Part shown: in pieces, positions 25,833 through 35,863 of the stretch
Layout: each line of letters begins with the position of its first letter
Position numbering within the stretch: position 1 is the first letter of the stretch
From: Vezdaea acicularis
Taxonomy: Eukaryota
Assembly (NCBI GenBank): GCA_026025075.1
Contig: JAPEUI010000002.1
Location: 62,001 to 126,000, forward strand
DNA: 64,000 nt
Direction of reading: 5' to 3'
Translations under genes and position numbers: made by a program
Notes under the pieces: model-generated
Database searches by the model: none
The model's input: only the letters and a program-made list of their open reading frames with translations
What the model was told of the DNA's origin: nothing

Positions 25833-27356
25833 CTTGAAAGGGGTCACAATGCTGGATCAAGGGTGCTATGAGGGTTGTATGTAGTGTATCGAGAAAAGAC
25901 CGGGGAGGGGGGGACTTCTGTACTATTAACATGTTACAACAGGATGCCCCTCTTGTATAACATATCCTCAGAGCCATTCTGTCCGATCATCGGCCTCTAG
26001 TGGCGAGTTCATACTGTCGACCATTCTGCATGCTGCTGAATCGAGAATTCTGCATATGTATGAAGATATGCTCGTAGTCCACCTTCATTCATGCCGAGGG
26101 AAGATTGGATCCTTCAGATACCAGGTTCCCCTCAACGAGCCCATCATTACGTATAGAGGATCTTTCAATTAAGATGCTCATTCATAAGAATCTATGCTCA
26201 AAATGGAAGAAGGCTCATGTACTGAGGTCGTACATGTAATACGAAGAGTTTGAGTTAACGAGAGGTCGTAATTAGAGAGCGGCCCTAAAGTACGAGCTAG
26301 GTGGATCGAACAGAGAATGAAGGCGTCTCTTTCAGCGTATTGAAAACATAATATTGCGTAGCGGGTTGTCCTGAATGCATTACTGCTAGCCAGTAGACGA
26401 CCTTGATCCATCGGCTTTCCGGGATTTTCCCAGGTTGGTAACAGAATCAAATTATTATCATCGGCGAAGGACATGCAAGACTTCAGGGAGGGCCGCTGCT
26501 ACATGGGAGCCCGCTACGCTCATGCAATTCATACTAACCAATTGGCCGAAGCACGTTCTATATCGCGCATTGATGGTACCCTGTGCAGGTGAGGGAGCTT
26601 CCGCCAAGTCGGTGTCGATCTCCCTCTTCACCCAATTGCGTCTGCAGCTTGCCCACGCAACGATATCCATTCCAGATCTTAGATTGTTTGCCAGTACTTG
26701 GTTGGAAGGAGCCTTGCGTTCCGGACTTCTTAGCCGGCTTCACTACGCGGTAAAAGCTTCCGTACCATTGGCCTTAAAGCTGCATTAGCGTTTCGGAGAG
26801 GCCCGCTCCCCGCATTTCGGTGGGGTGATATGATATGCATCGGAAAGCGATCAGGATGCGTCGGCTGATCGTGATCAAGTAGAAAACCTTATGTTGCGAG
26901 AGCGATCTACGTTCCTAAGCCGAGCGCAGTGGTGTGTTTGGACTTGTGGTCTCGATTTTGGCTAGAGCTTGAGATATAGCTATAGTCCGAGAATCTTTGT
27001 GCGAGGTCGTACAAAAGGGTGCATCGGTATCTTTGGTTGCATAGCTTATTTCGGGATTCATACGTACTTCATGATCTGGCAAGATTCTCGGGTTTAGGCA
27101 TTGTTATTTGAGGGAAATGGTTTGCAACAGAATCATGCCAAAGAGATAAGGGATCTTCGTACGATAGGGCCTCCCGCAAAACAAAAGGTTGACCAGGTCG
27201 TAAGATCTCGGACCACATCAGCATACAGGGAGGTATCAGAGCAAGATCTAGCTTTGGGGTCTAGGCGCAATGCTGCGGGCTGTATACGAGTATGCTAGGG
27301 GTATCGAGTGGATGACGTAGACTTAGTCCGGATACTAGCTACAACTTTATCAATGT

Positions 27357-28064
27357 CTAGTAGAAGAATCCAATGACTTTCCCTGCCACATGCTTTCGTC
27401 TCGCCTCCTCGTGATCCATGATCCCAGCGGAGGTAGTGAGAACGATATATCCGAACTGACGAGAGGGAAGGAGCTTTACAACCCACTTCTCAAGATCTTG
27501 TAGACGAACGTTGTAACGCGGGGAAATGACCCCAGTCTTGTTGAGTCTGACGACAAATTCTAAGCAGATGCTCCACGATGAGATACGTAAGCCGATGAGA
27601 AGCTTACCGTCCGTTCAGCTGGATAACAATTTTGCCCGAGCGGTGATCGTCGACCTCCTCAAACTCGCCAATATACCCTATTGAAGAGAAGTAAGCAGTT
27701 GTAGCGATAGATTAAACGATGTAAATCAAGCCTCCGAAAAGGTCAGAAAACGTGTAAGATCCTCGCTCAAAGGAATCGATCTGTCGGGCACTTAAAGGGC
27801 AAAGGTCGTAGAGTGATATTAGGATTTGAGACCATTGCCTAGTTATCAACCCGTGGAGATATCATCTCCTGTCCTCCAAGATAGAAGAGAAAGGCAGGCC
27901 GGTGATTTTATATCGGAGACAAATGGCTCACCGTGCTTCTGCATGACACTCAAGAACTTGACAATGACCTTGGAGCTTGGTCGAATGAGCACCTGCCGCT
28001 TTCCAGCCTTCTCGGCATTATTGATTGCATTCAATGCGTCATTGAGGACGCTGGTCTTAACCAT
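27357..28064 (-). CDS. RPS22: 40S ribosomal protein S22 (uS8/RPS15A), 3 coding exons plus a 5'-UTR intron
   Basis: [81 protein letters not shown]...[11 protein letters not shown]. Confidence 0.98.
27697..27856 (-). ncRNA. snR44: Intronic box H/ACA snoRNA, snR44-like (predicted targets 18S U106 and 25S U1056, yeast numbering)
   Basis: Two hairpins with pseudouridylation pockets. 5' hairpin: guides GAUAACU/UUUAA match 18S UUAAA-UC-AGUUAUC. 3' hairpin: guides UCUUACA/UUUAA match 25S UUAAA-UA-UGUAAGA, with ACA exactly 14 nt from the pocket. Same host intron position as yeast RPS22B/snR44. Confidence 0.85.
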
Positions 28065-28107
28065 TTTGCCGGTATGAGATTTTCAAATCTTACGCGAGAT
28101 GAGGTAT

Positions 28108-28294
28108 CTAGTCGACACGAAATCAATTAGTATTGGGAGCCATGAGCATAGAGAGTGCCCTGAGATTCAGATCTTTAGGGTTCAACAGCTCTTAATAGAC
28201 ATAAGGCAGATAGCTGCGCCATTGAAGTTGGCTAGAATCTCATCCTCCAGACGTATAAAGACAGACTACAGTTTTGCTGTAGAGCTTAACATAC
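28108..28294 (-). other. 5'-UTR intron of RPS22 (187 nt)
   Basis: Donor GAG|GTATGT, branch ACTAAT, acceptor CTAG| 43 nt upstream of the ATG. Yeast RPS22B also has a leader intron. Confidence 0.75.
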
Positions 28295-28581
28295 CTCGTC
28301 GATTGTGTTGGCGAGAAAAGTTTGCGGATGTGGAGGTGACGCTTGAAATGCAGCCGAAATATTATTCAAGTGCGCGAACTAAGAAATGCGTAGTTGGCAT
28401 GCAGGCGCGAACCCTACCTCCCCGTATCCAAACAATACGGAGACCTATACGGCCACCTTGGGACTATATGTCCATCAGAAAGGCGTCATCGGCTGAGAGT
28501 TGAATGCTCATGGTGTCTAGTCCCTTTATGTATCTTACTGACACCTGGTGTATCTCGGCTTTTCTGTTACACACTGTGATC

Positions 28582-29449
28582 ATGAAAGACTCTAATACTT
28601 CCGCCGAATCATGTTCTACTTGTTTCACTCTGCTCGCTGAAGTACACTATGAATATCTAAAGACCGAAAAGCCCGTCTCTACCACACGACAGCTACCCTG
28701 CTGCAGTAGGAGCATATGCGGTCCATGTATTATTGTATTTAACCCCCATTCCGTCCATCAAATCACCGCGTAACCGATGTGACCCGCAGAAGAACCAGAG
28801 ATTCGCGACGTACTGCCCCTACTGCCAAATCAGCACACACCCCTCTCCTCTTCCGCAAGGCCTCCGGGATCCTCCAGCGTACAATCCTACAGAAACCTCT
28901 ACATATCCCACGTCCACGCCCCAAAATCCCGATACAAATCAGCCTCCACCATACTCAAGGCGAGCCAAAGGCCCCTCGTCCGAAAAGCCCTCACCAACAG
29001 TAGAAGATGTTCTTCACTTTCTAGATCCACAACTCGACACTCTTTCATCGCTTTCTCTTCGATATGGCGTCCCACTTCAGGCCTTGAGAATACACAACAA
29101 CATCTATGCAGACCATTTGTTACCTGCACGACGAACCATACTCATACCAGGTGAGTATTATAAGGAAGGAATTAGTCTCAGCCCATCACCCGTTGAGGGC
29201 GAACAAGAGGAGTTGAGAAAGGCAAAAGTTAGAAGGTGGATGGTGGGCTGCAAATGCGCCGAGTGAGTATATCTCTTTACCAAAAGGCAATGGTAGGAAA
29301 TCAGATTAACTTTTAGCAGCTATGACGTTGCGTTGTTGTATCTGAACCAAGCGGGATATGATCTTGTGTCAGCAATAGATGCGTATTGTGAAGATGAGTT
29401 GTGGGAGAAGAAAAACCCAATCGGAAGGGGGAAGACGAAAGCGCGCTAA
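28582..29449 (+). CDS. Non-secreted LysM-domain protein with N-terminal Cys-rich RING-like region, 3 exons
   Basis: LysM-like HFLDPQLDTLSSLSLRYGVPLQALRIHNNIYADHLLPARRTILIP; CxxC...CC...CxxC...CPYC; introns 28735-28789 and 29263-29319. Confidence 0.8.
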
Positions 29450-29630
29450 TTCAGGCTTTCGAGAAGCGGCTTCAGGGGAGGGTTTGTAAGACAATTATGA
29501 TAATAGGAGACTTGCGTCTTGTCAATACTAGATCCATATCAACAAACTTTGCGCAACGTATACTTGCCTTAGGTGTTTTGGGTTATCCTCGTTCTGTCCT
29601 AGGTGCTTAAGATACGTCTCAACCCTCCAC

Positions 29631-30738
29631 TTAGGCCCCTTTCTTCCTCAACTCGTCTCTCCTATTTTTGGTCCTCTCCACCGCCGTCTCCACCCATTCG
29701 TCGTATTTCCCATCTTTCATTTTCGTTTTGACAACACCTTTCAAGACTTCATTCACGAAGCCGACAAAGTTATGCCTCCTCAAGGCATTCTCCCAGCTCC
29801 AACTCTCCCGTTTCTTTTCCTCGCGATCCAGCATCTCCTGGTCTCCGATCTCTCTGGCCTTTAACCTCAAGTCTTTTACCATTGCTAACAGATTAAAACG
29901 AATCTCAGTGGCAGGATATCTTTCAATCCGCCTTTGCAGTACTGGTATAACCTTTTCAGGGAAGTCAGAGAAGGTACAAGGACCATGTGAGATAGGAGCA
30001 GGCTGTAGGCCATCTATCTCGTAAAGTTGCCCATTGATTGGGGTATAGGCGATGAAGTGATACACATCCTCGTCAGGTATATTCGAGCGTTGTGTCTCGT
30101 CGACGAATGGGGAAGAACGAGCGAAGGAATTATGGACATCTCTTATTAGTTCGGAATTTGAGAGAGCCTCGCCTCGTAGCTATTCTCACGGTAAGTCAAC
30201 GCAGACCCAGCCAGAAGCCACACATAAGCATACGTCTGAAGGGAACGCTCCAGTAAAGTCTTTGAAGTCACGAAGCTGGGCCCCAATATCCACTTCGACA
30301 TCCTGGTTCAGCAAAACCGAGAGAAGTGCCTGCGTTCCGCAAGCATTCTGGATTGTCTGATTGGCGAAGAATATGCTTTCCGTCGCGTTGTAGTCGAAAG
30401 CGCCATCTTTTGGCTCTTGGGTACGTTTCTCTCCTAGAGGGTACTTGAAAAGAAAGATTACTCCATACACAGGACTAGAGGAGCTAGATCAGCCCAGACT
30501 CATTGTGAAGGGCAGCTCCAGGGACAGCCACACTTATGCTGTCGCAAGTAGTCAGCATCAAGAGCAATGAGCTCCTCAAATTGAATTTGCTTGACTCCGA
30601 GGTTCTCGACTAGGTATGTGAAGACGCCCTATCATGTTGATGCACGTCAGTCGGTTGAGAAGAGCGAAAGGAACGAAAGCTTGGAGCTGCAGGGGAGCTT
30701 ACAGCATCGGACTCAATGGTATTCCAACCACCCGACAT
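29631..30738 (-). CDS. UCH37: Ubiquitin C-terminal hydrolase L5 (UCH37/Uch2), 4 exons
   Basis: WNTIESDAGVFT, QTIQNACGTQA (catalytic Cys), YHFIAY and EIDG motifs; C-terminal ENALRRHNF extension. Confidence 0.95.
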
Positions 30739-31310
30739 AACTCCTGTCACAGAGACTTATTGTTTGGATCTTGCACTATTATCATGAAACTCATATACTT
30801 GAGTAAGTGGTAGTACTTGTACGCTCGATATATAGCAAATAGTCCACTTAGAAGAAAAGTTGATCGTTGTGTTTGTTCGCTCGGTAAGGCTGTGGCCAAT
30901 CGTCAAATCGGTAGATGCGGATTTGATGTTGGCAGAATGATCGCATTCGGGCTGATATTCTTTGAGTCTCTGCGTATCCAAGACTTATGCAACAAGTCGT
31001 ATTGAGGTACCCAATCGTCTTGCTAAGATCATCATAGAATTCGTTCCAACAGTTGCCAAAGCATAGTACATTGCATATTGATAGGTTCCTGATCAACAGC
31101 GTCAGATTAGTGGTTCAACGAAGGCGGTGAGGTCGCTTCCATCAAGGAATGGTTCGTGCAACCGCATTTAGCCTTACGATCATAGATATGTACAGGTGGA
31201 CATTACGACGATGATGATTTGATGACAATTTAATTCTTTTCCCTCGGCTCACATCGAGTCTTCCCGACCATATATCTCTTCTCCTCCTTCGACGCCAGAC
31301 TAACGTGTCC

Positions 31311-32930
31311 ATGGATCCCGCCATCCAGCGCGAACTCAACCGCCTCGACCCCACCATACCCTTCCGTCACTCCACAACACACCGACACCACACCTGGGCG
31401 CGAACCTTTCACTCCCTTCCTGAGCTCTACCTTCAGCCTCAGAGCCTTCCCGAAATCGAAAAGATTGTCACCCTAGCCCGAAGATGCCGGCGCCGACTTG
31501 TCGTGGTAGGCTGCGGCCACTCCCCAAGCGACTTAACATGCACATCGGGCTGGATGGTCAATCTAGACGGATATAAGGAGGTCTTGTCGGTTAGGAAGGA
31601 GACTGTGAGAGTTCAGGCGGGTATCCGCCTACATGATCTTGGCCTTGCAATGCAGCAACATGGTCTTGCAATGCCTAACTTAGGCAGCATAGACCAACAG
31701 TCCATCGCCGGCGCAATATCCACCGCGACGCACGGATCGACATTACAGCATGGTATAATGTCAGATTCAATTATCGGGCTTCGACTTATGCTTGCAAATG
31801 GACGCACGGTCTGGTGCTCCAAGGAACAAAACCTTGACCTCTTCCGCGCCGCTCTCGTTTCATTAGGTGCCCTGGGTATCATTGTTGAAGTGGACTTCAG
31901 AGGAGTTCCCAGTTTCGACATATCATGGCAACAGAGCATAGTACCATTAGAGCAAATTCTTGCGCGCTGGGAAAAAGATTTATGGACACAAGCAGAGTTC
32001 GTGCGAGTTTGGTGGCTCCCGTACACGAAAAGAGCTATCATCTGGAAAGCGGACAAGACCTCAGAGCCACGGCGTAAACCGAAAGCAAGTTGGTATGGCA
32101 GCGTACTGGGCTACCATACTTACCATACCTTGCTCTACGTTGCACAATATATTCCGCGTATACTCCCCACAGTAGAATGGTTTATCTTCGGGATGCAATA
32201 CGGCTTTAAACCCGGTCCCACCGGCTCTGCTGTCCAAGAAGCTCGTACTGGCCTATTAATGGACTGTCTCTACTCGCAATTCGTCAACGAATGGGCCCTC
32301 CCACTTGAAAAGGGCCCCGAAGCTATATCACGTCTCTCCACCTGGCTCCACGGTGACGCCAAGGCCGCTAGAATACCGCTTTCTCCCAAAGGTACCTATG
32401 TACACGGACCAATTGAAGTCCGCTGTACAAACAGTACAGGCTCTGACCCACGTCCCTTTCTTGATCCTACAAGCAGGGAAGGCCCGACGCTCTATCTTAA
32501 CGCAACGCTATATAGACCGTACGGATTAGATCCCCCATGTCGCGAGCGGTATTACGAGGCCTTTGAGCGCCTGATGAAGGAATTAGGCGGGCGTCCACAT
32601 TGGGCGAAAAACTTCGCCACCGTCACACCTGAGGACATTGAGGATATGTACGGCGATGATTTAGAACAGTGGCGGAAAGTACGGAGCATGGTTGATCCTG
32701 ACGGGGTATTTGTGGGCGACTGGCATCGTCGGAACATTCTGGCAGGGAGCGATGTCCTGGCAAATGAAGAACGCATAGTGGACAGGGAACGGCAAAGGGG
32801 AGGTGGGGTCTTAGTCTGGGGTGAGCAGGTGAATGAAGGGAGCGAGGAGAGTAGGCCGGGAAGTGCGGAAAGCTATGAGGTACTTCAGGAGGCAGAGGCA
32901 GGGAGTATTCTGCTCGAGAAAAGGAACTAG
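31311..32930 (+). CDS. ALO1: D-arabinono-1,4-lactone oxidase
   Basis: TWARTF, VGCGHSPSD (covalent FAD His), MPNLGSI, STATHGS, MDCLYSQFVNEWA and GRPHWAK motifs; intronless. Confidence 0.94.
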   Translation: MDPAIQRELNRLDPTIPFRHSTTHRHHTWARTFHSLPELYLQPQSLPEIEKIVTLARRCRRRLVVVGCGHSPSDLTCTSGWMVNLDGYKEVLSVRKETVRVQAGIRLHDLGLAMQQHGLAMPNLGSIDQQSIAGAISTATHGSTLQHGIMSDSIIGLRLMLANGRTVWCSKEQNLDLFRAALVSLGALGIIVEVDFRGVPSFDISWQQSIVPLEQILARWEKDLWTQAEFVRVWWLPYTKRAIIWKADKTSEPRRKPKASWYGSVLGYHTYHTLLYVAQYIPRILPTVEWFIFGMQYGFKPGPTGSAVQEARTGLLMDCLYSQFVNEWALPLEKGPEAISRLSTWLHGDAKAARIPLSPKGTYVHGPIEVRCTNSTGSDPRPFLDPTSREGPTLYLNATLYRPYGLDPPCRERYYEAFERLMKELGGRPHWAKNFATVTPEDIEDMYGDDLEQWRKVRSMVDPDGVFVGDWHRRNILAGSDVLANEERIVDRERQRGGGVLVWGEQVNEGSEESRPGSAESYEVLQEAEAGSILLEKRN

Positions 32931-33779
32931 ATCTAGGGCACGGGATTACAAAACATACATCTACTTGGTCGCGTGTCGCTTGTAGAGAAATGTTTAGGGA
33001 GCTAGATACTTCGCCCCTTGGTTGTGATACTGCCTCCCTATTAATGACCTCTATAGAGAGGCGCAAGAGGATGCATAGCACTTGAGTTCCGAGCATAGTA
33101 CCGGAAGCCAGCTTCCTATCCACTACGCCTAGGTCTACCGCACCACCGTTACCTCAAAAGCAACCTTTCCGCCAGCCGCGACCTAAGCGGAAACCTTGCA
33201 GGAGGGATCTCAATGTTCCAACAGATAAATTACGCCACAACGCCACCGTATGCGAAAGACGGCAGCGTACTCAAAGATCGTTGCAAATTTCTTCTTGTCT
33301 CCTGACATGCGAGACCCCGGACGGGGGACTTACTGCGTCCAGCTCAAGACCCTGGTGTGGAGAACCGATGGGTCGAGCGAGGCTTGAGACTTTTTTCTTT
33401 TAGGTATTTGTTTTCAGAAAAAACAAGATGGTGCCATTTACAGGTACCCTCGGCGGGATGCAAGGCCTAGAATGGCGCTTTATGCAGATGTGCCTGTTTT
33501 TCGCTTTCGAGCGAGGGGTCTTGTACGACCTTTTTAACTGCATAGTACAGACAATGTATCGACATAAGCGACATCTGCGAGCCCTCCCATGTATCTCCGA
33601 GATTCGTACTGAATGCACCAAAGCTCATTGCATCCGCGGAGGCAACGCGGAACAAAGAGAGCACCAGGACTTGATATGCTATGTTTGCACCTAGCGGGTA
33701 TGATATCCTTGACAAGTAAACAAATTTGAGTCTATCGGTTGTAAGATGCCAAAGGTGTGAGCGTGAACTAACCCCCCGC

Positions 33780-34775
33780 CTAACCGTGGCCCAGCCCTAT
33801 GGCACGATAACCTGTTCCGAAGTACCCACGAGAGATGGACTTGTCTCCGAAGAGGTTGCCGAATTCATTCGACAACGTAAGATATTGTCTTTCGGACATT
33901 GCCTTGGCCCTGACCCTAGTAGCGCGTCGAGGCTCTCCTCCATTCTCACTGCTCCTCCTATATTCAGCTAAAGCACGGAAATACTCTTCTGAGTCTAATG
34001 AGTATAGTTCTCTTAAATAGCCTTCGTGTGTATTTTGCCCAGGTAGCGTCAAGCTGTTGTCAAGGTCTACCACTTGGTTTAACCATGGAATGAAAATGGG
34101 CTGGTCATCGTGAGAGCACACACAACTCTCCTCACAGGGACGAATGTCCTTCGGCCTTATGTTAGAATCCGCCATGGTTTGAAGATCATCGCAAACTACT
34201 TTTCTTGTAGCGGGGTCACACCTGCATCCAGCGAATGAGCAGAAGCGCTCGAATTTCTGTGGCGAACGGGACGTAGAATAAGCCGGATCACGAAAATTTT
34301 CGAAGATGCGAGGATGGCTGTCTTGGTCCTCTGGGTCACACATGATGCCATACGTGCAAAGACACTGACTCTCACAGATGAGGGGAAAGATGGAATTGTG
34401 AAGAGCCAGGGACATGTTCATTGGGAGGCACTTGACGCTTCCATCAACGCGGCAATAGCATTCAACCGAAGGCGAATTAACAAGATCCACCGAGATCTCA
34501 AGGTCACGGTGCCGATTATCGATTGCAATACCGTTAGAGGCCAGTCCCATGCAAATATCGGTGAGACCTATGCTTGCACCATCCGGGGTGATTCCTTGGT
34601 CTATTCGATGAAGAAGAAGAGGAGGCCAAACGGACACGTCGGACGACGGAGATATCAGCCAATACGGCGGTAGAGGCGGCCTGCATTTGCCAGTACGTCC
34701 GCGAGTAATTGCTGTGGAGCTCAGGTCGAGGTTGAGAGAAAGAAAGAACAGAAAATACTCTAAAAAACGAGACAT
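33780..34775 (-). CDS. Hypothetical, putatively secreted Cys-rich protein (331 aa)
   Basis: Long uninterrupted ORF; hydrophobic N-terminus after ATG 34775; 16 Cys in two repeated patterns. Confidence 0.65.
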   Translation of the reverse strand: MSRFLEYFLFFLSLNLDLSSTAITRGRTGKCRPPLPPYWLISPSSDVSVWPPLLLHRIDQGITPDGASIGLTDICMGLASNGIAIDNRHRDLEISVDLVNSPSVECYCRVDGSVKCLPMNMSLALHNSIFPLICESQCLCTYGIMCDPEDQDSHPRIFENFRDPAYSTSRSPQKFERFCSFAGCRCDPATRKVVCDDLQTMADSNIRPKDIRPCEESCVCSHDDQPIFIPWLNQVVDLDNSLTLPGQNTHEGYLRELYSLDSEEYFRALAEYRRSSENGGEPRRATRVRAKAMSERQYLTLSNEFGNLFGDKSISRGYFGTGYRAIGLGHG

Positions 34776-35863
34776 TGCTGAAGGCGTAATGCCAAAGAAA
34801 GTGTGAGTCTCTGCGGGAAAGTGATTAGTGCGCACTGAGCTCGGATCCAAGTCTTCGAGATAAACCACAAATTTGCTTTCCTATAAGGCATTGATAGGGT
34901 TTCGAATCGGCTCCTTCCCAAATCTGAGACTTCATCGCTGGATCCATGGATGACATTCGCAAGTTCGTCAGAGCCAATGATGCGGAATTATCCCAAGGAT
35001 AGATCCTACGCATTAATTCTACGGAACCGTTGCCGCATTATTGGTTGCCGAGAGTTTGAATGTGAATTGCGCGATAACAGGATAGCTATGGAAAGGTCAT
35101 GACGGTTCAGCAGTTCGTCAAGATAGCTCCTGACGAGGCTGCGGGACATGCAGGGGTAAGGTCGGCTTCACATCCGCCCGGGTCTGCTTTTGCGGGTCGT
35201 TCGAGGGGGGCACGCGAGCAGCTGCTTGAGTCGTAAAATGGGGGTGCACGGATGAGATAACGAATTGACAGCTTGATTGCTTTTTGCTTCTATCTCGCTT
35301 GGATGCACGGCATCATTGGACAATCAACTTTGCTTTTTGATCAGTATGCACCTATTTACGTTTGCGCGCCGTTCTCTAAGCACAAAGAAAAACTCGACCT
35401 TGATTTTGAACCCGGAGGGATACATTGAGCGCTTGTCCGCCAAGCAATAAGTAATGATCGGGAGCTTGGCATTTTGTTTCGCGGGTATCAGCACCCTAAT
35501 ATCGAAAGAGCTAAAGATCTGCTATCCCCCAATTGTCCACTGATGACGAGCCTCCCCATGTCGCCGATACCTGGCCGGCCCTGAAGATGTTCTTCTCCAC
35601 AAGTTCTCCACTCTGCCCTAATCGTTCCCAGAGAATCATTGAGATATAGATGCCATCACAACGCTTCCTGCGATAGAGTCTTTGCTTAGAGTGCATCTTG
35701 CAGCTTTACCATATGTCGAGGGCTCAAACGCCCTCCCGATTATCGGACGCCTTGACATTTCCATGAATTGGTGTTGGACGAAGATATCCGTTGACTGGTG
35801 GTGCGATTGCTACTTTCGCCGCTAGACCGCCGTTCTCCTCGTGGCTCGCTGGATAACCCTGGA

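Noticed and set aside
26000..27250. Short ORFs between the carboxylesterase and RPS22
   Set aside because: No coherent spliced model or recognisable domain.
28160..28250. Box C/D snoRNA in the RPS22 leader intron (AGGATGA...CTGA)
   Set aside because: Box C is non-canonical and I could not match a guide to rRNA; better explained as a stem.
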